Origin: an uncultured Muribaculaceae bacterium
GTDB lineage: Bacteria; Bacteroidota; Bacteroidia; Bacteroidales; UBA932
Length of the DNA stretch: 64,000 nt
Assembly (NCBI GenBank): GCA_964616865.1
Contig: CAZTUQ010000001.1
Coordinates: forward strand, 8,713 to 72,712
Reading direction: 5' to 3'
Both the position numbers and the translations under genes were made by a program. Below the pieces are notes generated by a model. It made no database searches, was not told where the DNA came from, and saw only the letters and a list, made by a program, of their open reading frames with translations. Positions within the stretch are counted from its first letter, which is position 1. Every line of letters begins with the position of its first letter. This document shows, in pieces, positions 35,446 through 45,730 of this stretch.

Positions 35446-37635
35446 CTACTTTTTGTCCTGGGCATAATAGCGCCGCGAAGCCTCTTCCTGACGCATCTCG
35501 CTGAACGAAGACACTCTCTTGAGGTATCCGATGACACGGGTGAGATAGTCGAGGTGCCGGCTGCCGCATTTGGGACAGACCGTAAGGGTATCCTTGCTGA
35601 TATAGCCGCAGTCGTTGCAGACCGTATTACGGCAGTTGAAGGTGAAATAGTTGGTGCCGTAATGCGCCGCCACATTGAGCAACTGCCTGTACTGCTCCTT
35701 GCTGAGGTGCTCCTGCACATTCATATGCAATGCAGAACCGCCGTCCAGATACTTGACATACTCCTCGCCGTGTAGTTTGAATTTGTCGAGTATCGAGAGA
35801 GAGTCGTCCTCCGGGTTGTAGAAATAGGAACTGTACATATTGTGCTTGGGAGAGACGAAGAAGCCGTCCTTTTTGTCCCACTTGTAGTTCTTGCCGGAAA
35901 GGTTCTCCCCGGGGACAAACTCCGTATTGAACATGGTCTCGCGGGTCTTGTCCTTGCGGTTGGCTATATTGATTGTCTCGAGCAGTCCGTTTACAAACTC
36001 CTTGTAGTCATCATTGGGCGAGACTTCCAGTCCGAGGAACTCGGCAGCGTCCGTCATGCCGTTGACTCCGACGGTGAGATACTGCCTCTTCATGTCGATA
36101 AAGCCAGCCTTGTACACATCCAGCATATCCGCCTTGAGGAAGTCCTTTATAATCTCGTTGAATGCAGTCTGATATTTGTGCACTCTCTCCGTCATCTCAC
36201 GCACATCATTGTAGATATAGGCGTAAAGATCCTGGCGGTCGTACTCGAGCGTCTGGTCGAGAGGCTCGAGAGGGCTGATCTCAACACCCTGCCTGTCCTT
36301 GAAATAACGCCTTGCAGCCAATTGGATAGCGCGGTTAAGGTTGATTGTCATCACGGACTTGGAGCCGGTGGAGACTGACGCCGTACCCATAGAATACTGA
36401 TGGGTGGTATGATTGTGCTCCTCATCCTGAAGGTCCGTCAGGGAATTGCGCAGGCGGCAGCAACTCGCGAGACTGTCAGGACTGTTGGATATATAGCAGA
36501 AGAAACTGTGCCCCTTGGCCCACATCTCGGAGGTGAAATCCGCATACTCCTTATCCATATAATTGTCCCCACCATCGGTAAGCAGGGCCATGGTCTCCAC
36601 AGGGAAGGTCAGGATATAGTGGTTGCGCTCTTCGTTGAACCAGTTCATGAAATGCTTTTGCAGCCAGGAAAGCGTCTCCCATTTAGGGGATGTCCCGTCC
36701 GGGAAACGGAAGTCACCGAAGACTCCTTTGAAATAAGGCTCGTCGAAATAACTGATATTCCAGAATACGGTCTGATATCCCCTATTGCCGGCAGGCATGT
36801 TCATGGAATGCACCACCTGCTGGAAATAATTGTCGATAACCTTGACCAGAGTCCTCTGCTTGGCATTATTCTCCACTATGGTGTCCAATTTAGACAGATA
36901 GTCATCTCCGTAGTCTTTGCGGATGAAGTAGTCGAGATACATCAGGAACTCAGGAGTCGCCACCGCACCCATAAACTGGGAGGAGATGGAATAGACGAGG
37001 TTTATAAACTCTCCGCAGAATGACTTGAGGTCCGTAGGGGCAATAGAGACGCCGCCGAGTTCTCGCAGTCCGCTCACAAGGAACGGATACATCGTGATGG
37101 CAACGCAGTAGGGATAGCCCGGTGTGCCGCTCTCGTCATGCTTATACAGGACATGAGACTCCAGATCCTTGATATACTGGTCCGCAAGGTCGTGCCCGTA
37201 GATCGCCTTGATCTTGTCCTGCATGATATAGCGGTTCTGTTTGATATTGTTCTCCTTGTAGAGTTCCTGCCCGAGAGTGACGATATTCTTGCGCGTCACA
37301 TTGGCATTGGCGTCAAACTTGGAGCCTGTAGCAGCATTGGAAGCCTTGATATAGTCCTTGATGAAGTCACGCTTCTTCCGGAGGTCAAGTCCGGCATCGA
37401 AAGTCTCGATATACTCGCGCGCCGCCTTTTTGTTGATGGACATCAGAGAGTCCACGACCTGACGGCGGATCTCCTGGCTGGAAATCTTGTCATAGATGTA
37501 CAGGTTGTCGGTAATGGACACGACAACCTCCTCGGGGCACTTCTGTCCCGTAGACTTGTATGCCTCGCGAATACCTTTCTTTAACTTTTCCTTGTCGTAC
37601 TCTTCAAAAGAACCGTTGGTTTTTCTTACTTCCAT
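35446..37635 (-). CDS. nrdD: Class III anaerobic ribonucleoside-triphosphate reductase with N-terminal ATP cone
   Basis: VRKTNGSFEEYDKEKL ATP cone; PYC, ASCCRL finger loop, CNDC/CPKC zinc site, TRVIGYL glycyl-radical motif. Confidence 0.95.
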   Translation of the reverse strand: MEVRKTNGSFEEYDKEKLKKGIREAYKSTGQKCPEEVVVSITDNLYIYDKISSQEIRRQVVDSLMSINKKAAREYIETFDAGLDLRKKRDFIKDYIKASNAATGSKFDANANVTRKNIVTLGQELYKENNIKQNRYIMQDKIKAIYGHDLADQYIKDLESHVLYKHDESGTPGYPYCVAITMYPFLVSGLRELGGVSIAPTDLKSFCGEFINLVYSISSQFMGAVATPEFLMYLDYFIRKDYGDDYLSKLDTIVENNAKQRTLVKVIDNYFQQVVHSMNMPAGNRGYQTVFWNISYFDEPYFKGVFGDFRFPDGTSPKWETLSWLQKHFMNWFNEERNHYILTFPVETMALLTDGGDNYMDKEYADFTSEMWAKGHSFFCYISNSPDSLASCCRLRNSLTDLQDEEHNHTTHQYSMGTASVSTGSKSVMTINLNRAIQLAARRYFKDRQGVEISPLEPLDQTLEYDRQDLYAYIYNDVREMTERVHKYQTAFNEIIKDFLKADMLDVYKAGFIDMKRQYLTVGVNGMTDAAEFLGLEVSPNDDYKEFVNGLLETINIANRKDKTRETMFNTEFVPGENLSGKNYKWDKKDGFFVSPKHNMYSSYFYNPEDDSLSILDKFKLHGEEYVKYLDGGSALHMNVQEHLSKEQYRQLLNVAAHYGTNYFTFNCRNTVCNDCGYISKDTLTVCPKCGSRHLDYLTRVIGYLKRVSSFSEMRQEEASRRYYAQDKK

Positions 37636-37701
37636 GTTTATCAGACTGTTAGGCTTATAACACCGCTATCGGGACACTATCTCCTCCGAGGATGTTTCAT
37701 A

Positions 37702-37709
37702 CAAAATTA
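37702..37709 (-). promoter_or_regulatory. -7 promoter box for nrdDG
   Basis: TAATTTTG on the minus strand, about 67 nt upstream of the nrdD ATG. Confidence 0.5.
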
Positions 37710-37807
37710 ACCGGCTCCTCCTATCATTGCAAGAGAAACCGGCCAATATTTATCAACACAAAATAAACATTCCGCCCCAGACACTGCAGGAGCGGAGAAA
37801 ATATAAT

Positions 37808-38407
37808 CTACACAATACCGGAGAAACCGAGGAATGCCATTGCCATGATACCAGCGGTAATCAACGCGATGGGCAAACCTTTGAATGCTGCCGGAACGGC
37901 ATTGCCGGAGAGATGCTCGCGCAGACCGGCAAACAGTATCATCGACAGACCGTATCCCAATGCCGTGGCAAAGGCATACACGGTCGCCTCGCCAAGTCCC
38001 AGCATGTGAGCCTCGCCGCCGAATGTAAACTGCTTGGTCACTACATTGATAGCGACTCCGAGCACCGCGCAGTTGGTAGTAATCAGAGGCAGGAAGATAC
38101 CGAGTGCCTGATACAGGCTCGGGCTGATCTTCTTGAGCACTATCTCCACTGTCTGCACGAGGGCGGCGATAATCAGAATGAACGAAATCGTCTGCAGGAA
38201 CTCCAGCCCGAAAGGCAGCAGCAGGTATTTGTTGATGAGATAGGTCACCACCGTCGAAAGTGTGATGACAAAGCACACCGCACCGGACATACCCGTAGCC
38301 GTGGAGAGTTTGTTAGAGACTCCGAGGAATGGGCAGATGCCGAGGAACTGTGAGAGCAGTATGTTATTGACGAATATCGCCGATATGATAATCAGTAAAT
38401 ACTCCAT
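37808..38407 (-). CDS. rnfA: Rnf complex subunit A
   Basis: NNILLSQFLGICPFLGVS, FLPLITTNCAVLG. Confidence 0.95.
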   Translation of the reverse strand: MEYLLIIISAIFVNNILLSQFLGICPFLGVSNKLSTATGMSGAVCFVITLSTVVTYLINKYLLLPFGLEFLQTISFILIIAALVQTVEIVLKKISPSLYQALGIFLPLITTNCAVLGVAINVVTKQFTFGGEAHMLGLGEATVYAFATALGYGLSMILFAGLREHLSGNAVPAAFKGLPIALITAGIMAMAFLGFSGIV

Positions 38408-38413
38408 GATACC

Positions 38414-38998
38414 TTACTTCTTGAGATATTTGTTGAAAAGCACCATCAGATAGCCCAGGACAAGGAATGCTCCAGGAGCCATCACAAACGCCAGCACCCC
38501 GTCTCCGGGAATGAATTTCCAGCCGAATACCGAACCGCTGCCGAGAATCTCGCGGATAATGCCTATCACTGTGAGCGAGAGGGTAAAGCCGAGTCCGACT
38601 CCCAGACCATCAAATGCAGATTCCAGGACACCGTGCTTGTTGGCGAATGCCTCTGCCCTTCCGAGGACTATACAGTTGACGACAATGAGCGGAATGAACA
38701 GGCCCAGGGTCGAATACACCGCCGGTGTAAATGCCTGCATAAACAACTGCAGCACAGTCACAAAGGTGGCTATCACCACGATATAGACAGGGATGTGCAC
38801 CTTGTCGGGCACAATCGGGGCTATCAGGGATATAAAGATATTCGAGAGTATGAGGACAAACATCGTGGCAAGTCCCATTTCCAGTCCGTTGATTGCGGAT
38901 GTGGTCGTAGCAAGTGTCGGACACATGCCGAGCACAAGGACGAATGTGGGATTATTCTTGATGATACCGTCTGTGAGATATGAAAGCTTGTTATTCAT
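38414..38998 (-). CDS. rnfE: Rnf complex subunit E
   Basis: NNPTFVLVLGMCPTLA, FIPLIVVNCIVLGRAEAFA. Confidence 0.95.
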   Translation of the reverse strand: MNNKLSYLTDGIIKNNPTFVLVLGMCPTLATTTSAINGLEMGLATMFVLILSNIFISLIAPIVPDKVHIPVYIVVIATFVTVLQLFMQAFTPAVYSTLGLFIPLIVVNCIVLGRAEAFANKHGVLESAFDGLGVGLGFTLSLTVIGIIREILGSGSVFGWKFIPGDGVLAFVMAPGAFLVLGYLMVLFNKYLKK

Positions 38999-39602
38999 TG
39001 CCGCGGTCCTCCGCTACCGTTGATGTTACATTTGCCTTTCCCGCAGCCACGAGAGTCAGCGCAAGCGACTTGGCATTGGCGACAGCCTCGGTATAGGCAC
39101 GGGAGGTGATGGTAGATGCGGTGATGGCATCGATGTCACCACCGTCCTTTTTGACCTTGAGCACCTTGTCCGGTGCGAGATTGCTCCATTGCGACATGAA
39201 TGCCGCATCGCTGTCGCACTTAGCCCCGAGTCCGGGAGTCTCCGACTGAGACAGGACGGAAGTATTGTATATGGTACCGTCGGTCAGCACTCCCACCATC
39301 AGAGAGATAGGACCGCCGAAACCTACAGTCTCGGACTTGACGGCATAAGCCACCACAGCACCGGAAGCATCAGTGGCCTCATAGTAACTGTACGACTTGT
39401 CTCCTGCAGCAGCGGTTTTCTCTTCGGAAATGCCAACCCCCTCGGGGAGCACTTTGGCAATACCGGCCTTGAGAATATTGGCGTTGGCCTGGCTTATAGG
39501 CTCAAATGTCACCGCATACACCACTCCGAGTATGGCAGAGCAGATAAAACAGACGAGCGTCAGGCAGAGCGCCATGTTTTTGAGTGAAGAAGAAGCAGCC
39601 AT
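38991..39602 (-). CDS. rnfG: Rnf complex subunit G
   Basis: N-terminal TM; GFGGPI, SETPGLG, DAITASTITS (FMN-Thr motif). Confidence 0.94.
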   Translation of the reverse strand: MAASSSLKNMALCLTLVCFICSAILGVVYAVTFEPISQANANILKAGIAKVLPEGVGISEEKTAAAGDKSYSYYEATDASGAVVAYAVKSETVGFGGPISLMVGVLTDGTIYNTSVLSQSETPGLGAKCDSDAAFMSQWSNLAPDKVLKVKKDGGDIDAITASTITSRAYTEAVANAKSLALTLVAAGKANVTSTVAEDRGNE

Positions 39603-39604
39603 GA

Positions 39605-40567
39605 CTATTTCCTCCCGAATTTACGTTGATGGAACTTGATGTCGAGCAGAGGCACTACGCAGTTCATGATGAGAATGGCAAAGGACATACCCTCAGGATA
39701 CGAACCGAAATACCTGATCATCATCACGATAAGGCCTATGCCGATACCGTAGATTATGCCTCCTGCCGTACTCATTGGAGATGTCACATAGTCAGTGGCC
39801 ATAAAGCATGCACCGAGTATCACGCCTCCCGTAAGGAGATTGAACAGAGGTCCTGTGTACTGTGACGGATCCGCTATTGCGAACACTGCGGAAATAACGG
39901 CTATGGTCACGAATATAGACAGCGTTATCCAAGGCTTGATGACCTTGCGGACCAGCAGATAGACCCAGCCGAGCAGCAGGGCAAGGGCCGAAATCTCTCC
40001 GGCAGAACCGCCTATATTGAGAAACAGCGTCTGCATCCAATCCGTACCTGCGACAGCCTGCATGCCGCCTTCGGCATACTGACCGAGGAGAGTCGCTCCG
40101 GAGACCGCATCAGTCGCGTGGATAAATCCACCGGGTACTGTCCAGTCCGTCATGTATGTAGGGAATGAGATGAGCAGGAATACACGCGCCGTGATCGCAG
40201 GGTTAAAAGGATTCTGCCCCAGGCCGCCGAAAGTCATCTTGGCGACACCGATAGCGATGACAGCACCGATAAACACCACCCACCAGGGTGTGGTGCAGGG
40301 CAGGTTCATGGCGAGCAAAATGCCCGTGACTACAGCAGAGAGGTCTCCTATGGTGGACGGCCTCTTGAGCATATACTTGGTGATGAGATACTCCAGTCCG
40401 ACACACGACAGCACGCTCACTGCGAGCACGAGCAATTCGGACCAGCCATAGAACAGCACAGACACGACCACTGCCGGAAGCAGGGCTATCACGACATCGC
40501 GCATCAGCGACTTTGTAGATACCGCGCTGTGTATATGGGGCGAAGGCGAAACTAACATCTTGTCCAT
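39605..40567 (-). CDS. rnfD: Rnf complex subunit D
   Basis: Start 40567, MDKMLVSPSPHIH; FGGLGQNPFNPA, DAVSGAT, GSAGE, FMATDYVTSP. Confidence 0.95.
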   Translation of the reverse strand: MDKMLVSPSPHIHSAVSTKSLMRDVVIALLPAVVVSVLFYGWSELLVLAVSVLSCVGLEYLITKYMLKRPSTIGDLSAVVTGILLAMNLPCTTPWWVVFIGAVIAIGVAKMTFGGLGQNPFNPAITARVFLLISFPTYMTDWTVPGGFIHATDAVSGATLLGQYAEGGMQAVAGTDWMQTLFLNIGGSAGEISALALLLGWVYLLVRKVIKPWITLSIFVTIAVISAVFAIADPSQYTGPLFNLLTGGVILGACFMATDYVTSPMSTAGGIIYGIGIGLIVMMIRYFGSYPEGMSFAILIMNCVVPLLDIKFHQRKFGRK

Positions 40568-40574
40568 ATATATC

Positions 40575-41969
40575 TTATTTATTATCGGATGATTTCGCTG
40601 CGGCTTCCGCAGCAGCCTTTGCGGCAGCGGCACGGGCGCGTATGATACCCATCACCTGGCCTTTCGCCATACGGATGTTGTCCAGTAGAGGAATGTGTGC
40701 AGGGCAGGCATAGAGGCAGCAGCCGCATTCTATGCAGTCCTGAGCAGCATTCTTTTCCAGAGCATCAGCATCCTGCGCCTTGTAGAGACGGTTGAGCAGG
40801 AACGGCTCCAGCCCCATAGGGCACGCGGCAGCACATTTGCCGCAGCGTATACAGGCGCTCTCCGCCTCACGCAGTGTGGCAGGGGCCGAGAGATAGAGGA
40901 TGGAGGACGAACCTTTGACAGTACAGGCATCCAGATTGGAGATAGCCTTGCCCATCATAGGGCCACCGCTGACAATCTTGGCCGCAGCCTTGGGCACCCC
41001 ACCGGCATACTCCGCGATGTAACTCAACGGCATACCTATACGGAAGAGGTAGTTGTGCTGCCTGTCTACAGGCAGGCAATCGCCTGTCACTGTGAGAGTA
41101 TTGGTAATGAGAGGTTTGTTTTTCTGTACAGCCTCATAGACCGCAAGAGCCGTGGCAACATTCTGTACGACCGCGCCTACGCTGATAGGCAGGCCGCCGG
41201 ACTTGACCTGGCGACGCATTACTGCGTCAATGAGCTGTTTCTCACCGCCCTGGGGGTATTTCTTCTTGAGGGGCATGACCTCCATGTCTTTGATACCCAA
41301 CCTGGCAACGGACTTGCGCATCGCACCTATCGCCTCGGGCTTGTTTTCCTCAATGCCGATGACACAGCGGCAGCCTCCGAGCACCATCTGCATGATAGCG
41401 CCACCGATGACAATCTCATCGGTTTTCTCCAGCATAATACGGAAGTCGCTGGTCAGGTAGGGCTCGCACTCCGCAGCATTAAGAATCAGGCATTCCGCCT
41501 TGCTGCCGGGAGCTGGATTGAGTTTGACATGCGTAGGGAATGTCGCACCGCCAAGTCCCACGATACCGCAGGCCTTGATTTTGTCCAGCACAGCGGCACG
41601 GTCGGCAGGTATCTCGGTAACGAGGGTATCGCTGAGGTCTACGCCCTCTACCCATTCGTCCCCCTCGACCGCAATCTCTATATGCGTGACAGGACGGCCG
41701 GACAGGTCCGGACGCGGTGCTATGGACTTGACTGTGCCGGACGCAGGACTGTGCACGAATGCCGAGATGAAGCCTCCCGGCTCCGCAATGACCTGTCCGG
41801 TCTTGACCTTGTCTCCGACCGCCACTACCGGCACTGCTGGAGCACCGAGATGCTGGGCCATGGAGACATACATGCGCTCGGGCAGAGGGAGCGTTTCTAT
41901 GGCACGGCCGCGTGCCAGTTTGGCATCATCCGGATGGATTCCACCGATTCTGAAAGTGATTTTAGCCAT
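40575..41969 (-). CDS. rnfC: Rnf complex subunit C
   Basis: QHLGAPA, GIVGLGGATFPTHVKL, NAAECEPYLT, two CxxCxxCxxxCP clusters. Confidence 0.96.
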   Translation of the reverse strand: MAKITFRIGGIHPDDAKLARGRAIETLPLPERMYVSMAQHLGAPAVPVVAVGDKVKTGQVIAEPGGFISAFVHSPASGTVKSIAPRPDLSGRPVTHIEIAVEGDEWVEGVDLSDTLVTEIPADRAAVLDKIKACGIVGLGGATFPTHVKLNPAPGSKAECLILNAAECEPYLTSDFRIMLEKTDEIVIGGAIMQMVLGGCRCVIGIEENKPEAIGAMRKSVARLGIKDMEVMPLKKKYPQGGEKQLIDAVMRRQVKSGGLPISVGAVVQNVATALAVYEAVQKNKPLITNTLTVTGDCLPVDRQHNYLFRIGMPLSYIAEYAGGVPKAAAKIVSGGPMMGKAISNLDACTVKGSSSILYLSAPATLREAESACIRCGKCAAACPMGLEPFLLNRLYKAQDADALEKNAAQDCIECGCCLYACPAHIPLLDNIRMAKGQVMGIIRARAAAAKAAAEAAAKSSDNK

Positions 41970-41971
41970 TT

Positions 41972-42877
41972 CTATCCCTCCTTCTCCTGTTTAGCGGCCT
42001 CACGGGCCTTGTCATTACGAGCCTTGATACGCGCCTTGACGGCATCCTTGTCGAGCGGCTTGGGGAAGTTTACCCCATGGATGGCTCCGGTAGGACACAC
42101 GGCTTCACATTCGCGGCATAATTTGCACTTGGTGTAATCTATATAGGCGACATTGTCCTTGACCTCGATGGCACCGTGCGTACATGTCTTGGCGCAGAGA
42201 GAGCATCCGATACAGGCATTTGCACAGGCTTTCTTGGCGACGGGGCCCTTGTCTTTATTGACACAGGTGACGGACACGCGCATACCCCTCGGGCCTTTGG
42301 CGCGGAGTTCGATAATATTCTTGGGACAAGCCTTGGTACAGGCACCGCAGGCGGTACATTTCTCTTCGTCGACTACAGGCAGCCCCGTGACAGGATCCAT
42401 GGAGAGCGCTCCGAACTGACAGGCCGACACACAGTCTCCGCAGCCGACGCAGCCGAATGAGCATGCAGTATCACCGCTGTACAGAGAAGCCTTGACCTTG
42501 CATGAGAGTGTGCCGTCATAGGTATTGACCTTGGGACGGGCCTCGCATGTGCCGTTGCAGCGCAAGACAGCCACCATGGGCGTCTTGGCCTTGACCTCGA
42601 TACCGAGAATGGCGGCAACCTGTTTCATGACAGGGTCTCCGCCGACAGGACAATAGTTATTGTCCAAATTGGGAGCGTGCACGGCAGCGTCCGCAAAAGC
42701 ACGGCAGCCGGCAAATCCGCATCCGCCGCAGTTTGCTCCCGGCATGACTTTCTCCACCTCATCGATGCGCGGATCTTCTTCGACCTTGAACTTCTTGGCG
42801 AAGAAGAACAGCATCAGGGCGAGCAGAAGTCCCAGTACCGTGAGAATCCCGACAGTCCAGATAATTGTTGATGTCAT
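41972..42877 (-). CDS. rnfB: Rnf complex subunit B
   Basis: PGANCGGCGFAGC FeS motif and multiple ferredoxin CxxCxxCxxxCP repeats. Confidence 0.95.
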   Translation of the reverse strand: MTSTIIWTVGILTVLGLLLALMLFFFAKKFKVEEDPRIDEVEKVMPGANCGGCGFAGCRAFADAAVHAPNLDNNYCPVGGDPVMKQVAAILGIEVKAKTPMVAVLRCNGTCEARPKVNTYDGTLSCKVKASLYSGDTACSFGCVGCGDCVSACQFGALSMDPVTGLPVVDEEKCTACGACTKACPKNIIELRAKGPRGMRVSVTCVNKDKGPVAKKACANACIGCSLCAKTCTHGAIEVKDNVAYIDYTKCKLCRECEAVCPTGAIHGVNFPKPLDKDAVKARIKARNDKAREAAKQEKEG

Positions 42878-43317
42878 TGTTGTGTCGTATTAGATTGTAG
42901 TGTTTTGATTGCAAATACATATTCGTTGCGGAGCCGTTCGCGCAGCAGCCATATCACGAGATAGTACAGCCCAGTCGCCGCGATGGCGCATGCTCCGGCC
43001 GCGAGTTCGCCGGCACCGGCATACAAAGCCACTCCCAGTACAGCCATAAGCACAGCGAGAGGTATCACATAGGCGAGCCAGACAGCCTTGTGGCCCATGG
43101 ATGCCTTGAGGAGCACCTCGACCTCATCGCCTACCTTGTACAGCGGATATACGGAAGTCGGGACCTCGACCTCTTTGCGCACGGCCTCGGACATTCCGCA
43201 AAGTCCGGCGGCATGACACGAAGAACATGCCGACTCGGAGACTATCATCACCTTTGTCGTCACAGGATCTATCGACACTATCCTGCCTGTATGTGAAATA
43301 TCCCGCCTCTCCGACAT
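42874..43317 (-). CDS. RseC/MucC family protein (SoxR-reducing system)
   Basis: SESACSSCHAAGLC, YKVGDEVEV, two C-terminal TMs; conserved position before rnfB. Confidence 0.88.
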   Translation of the reverse strand: MSERRDISHTGRIVSIDPVTTKVMIVSESACSSCHAAGLCGMSEAVRKEVEVPTSVYPLYKVGDEVEVLLKASMGHKAVWLAYVIPLAVLMAVLGVALYAGAGELAAGACAIAATGLYYLVIWLLRERLRNEYVFAIKTLQSNTTQQ

Positions 43318-43322
43318 ATCTA

Positions 43323-44846
43323 TCAGAATGAATGATTGCCAAAATCATCGCCTCCCTGGGAATAATACCCCTGGGACATATCGCCGTCATCGAATGCGTC
43401 ATTGTTCATAGCAGATCCGAACGGTGCACCCGCCTGCTCGGCAAGCGCCTGATCCACCTCGACAAAACGCACCTGCTCCGACTTGAAGAGCATATTCACA
43501 TCCGTAGTCTCACCATTACGGTGCTTGGCTATGATAATCTGTGTCACCTCCTTATCCTCCGGATTCTCGGACATGCCGAGGAAGTCCGGACGGTGAATGA
43601 AGAGTACCATATCGGCATCCTGCTCGATAGAACCCGATTCACGGAGGTCACTCAATTGCGGCTTGCCGGAACCGCCGGTACGCTGCACGGCATTACGGGA
43701 CAACTGGGACAATGCGATGATAGGCACATCCAGCTCCTTTGCCGTAGCCTTGAGCGTCCTGGAAATCGCAGCCACCTCCTGCTCTCGCATACCCCTCAAC
43801 TCCGAAGGACCCTGCATGAGCTGGAGATAGTCCACTATGACCAGGCGCACACCTTTGTTCTTGACGAGAGTCTTGAGTTTGGTGCGGAATTCCATTACAG
43901 GGATACCAGGTGTATCATCTATATAGAGAGGGGCCTTGGCGAGATTTGCCAGTTTGACCTCCAACTGTTTCCACTCGTGAGGCTCCAGTTTGACACCGCC
44001 TTTGATCTTGTCAGCGCTGAGGCCGGACTCCGTGGTCACAAGTCGCTTGCCCAGCTGCGTGGAAGACATCTCCAAAGAGAATATTGCCACAGGCATGTGG
44101 TGATCCACAGCCGCATTACGGGCGATATTGAGGGAGAATGCTGTCTTTCCGACGGAAGGACGCGCCGCAAGAATGATAAGGTCGGATTTCTGCCACCCCT
44201 GCGTGATACGGTCAAGGCTGAGAAATCCGGACGGCACTCCGGTAAAACCGGTAACATTCTGCGCTTCCTCTATGTCCTTCATGACTTCATTGATAATGGA
44301 GCCGATGTCCTGGACCTCTTTCTTGACATTATTCTTAATGGCGTCATAGACCTTGGTCTGAGCCACGTCTATGAGGTCATCCACCTTGACAGAGTCGTCA
44401 TAGGACTGCCTGAGTATCTCGTGTGACGCAGTAATGAGATCCCTCTGTATGGTCTTCTGCTTGAGTATCCTGATATAATACTCCATGTGCGCCGCTGCAC
44501 CAACCCTCTGAGAGAGTCCGGCAAGATACGCCGCACCGCCGACAGCCTCCAGATTGCCCTTTTCACGGAGTTTGGAGGTCATCGTGACGATATCAATCGG
44601 CACATGTTCATAGACAAGCGCCGACGCCGCATCCCATATCATCCGGTGCCGTTCGTCATAGAAACAGGACGGATTGAGCTCCTCCATCGCCTGATCGACG
44701 GCGGCGGGCTCTATAAGGAGGGCACCTAAGACAGCCTCTTCAACATCAAGAGCCTGAGGGGGTTTATTACCCATCTCAAGCCCTATAGCATCCAGATTGA
44801 CTGCCTGATCCTTCTTTTTGGATGATCTTTTCCTGGCCTCAGGCAT
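43323..44846 (-). CDS. dnaB: Replicative DNA helicase
   Basis: PPQALDVEEAVLGALL, ILAARPSVGKT (Walker A), IVDYLQLM, SDLRESGSIEQDAD, KHRNG. Confidence 0.97.
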   Translation of the reverse strand: MPEARKRSSKKKDQAVNLDAIGLEMGNKPPQALDVEEAVLGALLIEPAAVDQAMEELNPSCFYDERHRMIWDAASALVYEHVPIDIVTMTSKLREKGNLEAVGGAAYLAGLSQRVGAAAHMEYYIRILKQKTIQRDLITASHEILRQSYDDSVKVDDLIDVAQTKVYDAIKNNVKKEVQDIGSIINEVMKDIEEAQNVTGFTGVPSGFLSLDRITQGWQKSDLIILAARPSVGKTAFSLNIARNAAVDHHMPVAIFSLEMSSTQLGKRLVTTESGLSADKIKGGVKLEPHEWKQLEVKLANLAKAPLYIDDTPGIPVMEFRTKLKTLVKNKGVRLVIVDYLQLMQGPSELRGMREQEVAAISRTLKATAKELDVPIIALSQLSRNAVQRTGGSGKPQLSDLRESGSIEQDADMVLFIHRPDFLGMSENPEDKEVTQIIIAKHRNGETTDVNMLFKSEQVRFVEVDQALAEQAGAPFGSAMNNDAFDDGDMSQGYYSQGGDDFGNHSF

Positions 44847-44854
44847 ATTATGCG

Positions 44855-45670
44855 TTATTTGTCTATATCACCGCTGACAATAATACGACCGCAATGCTCG
44901 CAGATGATGAGTTTGTGACAGGAAGCCACATCAACGAGTCTCTGTGGAGTGATAGCATTGAAACATCCGCCACATGCATCGCCATTATATACAGTGACGA
45001 CAGCAAGGTGATTGTGTACGCTGCTGCGGATATGATTGTATGCGCTGAGTGTCCTGTCGTCCACCTTGGCTGCGAGATCCTCGCGCCTCTTGTTCAGGAC
45101 GGCCTCCTCTTCTGCGGTGGAGTCCACGATGTGGTCGAGTTCCTCCTTTTTGAGACGGAGGTCATCACGACGGACTTCAAGCCTGTGACGAAGTTCCTCG
45201 ATATAGTCTTTCTTGTCGGCGACAGCTTCCTGTGTCTCACGGATATTCTTCTCCGCAATCTGACGGAGCAGACCGAGATTCTCAATCTCTTTATCGATAG
45301 AGTCGAACTCGCGGCTGTTGGAGATACCCTCCAGTTTGGAACGGTACTCGGCAATCTCTCCGTCGAGCTCCACAATCTCCTGACGCTTGGCCTCTACAGT
45401 CTTGCCAAACTCCTCGACAAGAGCCTCTGTCTGTGTGATTTTAGCCTCAATAGACACAACATCGGCCTCCATTTCATTCACCTCCAAAGGCAACTCGCCA
45501 CGCAGGTGCAATATCTTGTCTATGGCATTGTCCGCCTGCTGCAGCTCATAGAGAGTTTTGAGTTTCTCCTGTACATTGTCTTCGCTGTCTGCAAATGTCT
45601 TCTGCAGTGACACAAATGTCTCTCTCTCGTCAATAGGGGAGGTGACTTTCTTGGTTTTCGATGTCGCCAT
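44855..45670 (-). CDS. Coiled-coil protein with C-terminal C4 zinc ribbon (DUF164/CT398-like)
   Basis: LYELQQADNAIDKI...RGELPLEV, long heptad region, CGGC...CEHC. Confidence 0.85.
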   Translation of the reverse strand: MATSKTKKVTSPIDERETFVSLQKTFADSEDNVQEKLKTLYELQQADNAIDKILHLRGELPLEVNEMEADVVSIEAKITQTEALVEEFGKTVEAKRQEIVELDGEIAEYRSKLEGISNSREFDSIDKEIENLGLLRQIAEKNIRETQEAVADKKDYIEELRHRLEVRRDDLRLKKEELDHIVDSTAEEEAVLNKRREDLAAKVDDRTLSAYNHIRSSVHNHLAVVTVYNGDACGGCFNAITPQRLVDVASCHKLIICEHCGRIIVSGDIDK

Positions 45671-45705
45671 ATTATTCAGAACTGTTTTCGATTTCGTGTG
45701 AACGG

Positions 45706-45713
45706 CAAATTTA
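45706..45713 (-). promoter_or_regulatory. -7 promoter box upstream of the zinc-ribbon/dnaB/rnf gene run
   Basis: TAAATTTG on the minus strand, 35 nt upstream of the ATG at 45670. Confidence 0.5.
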
Positions 45714-45730
45714 GCAAAAAAAATAACTTG

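Noticed and set aside
37771-37796. Terminator after rnfA
   Set aside because: An imperfect stem with an interrupted U tract; plausible but not strong enough to list.
35446-44846. Inteins or introns in nrdD and dnaB (common insertion hosts)
   Set aside because: Both proteins have normal length and continuous motifs; no intein termini or endonuclease insert.
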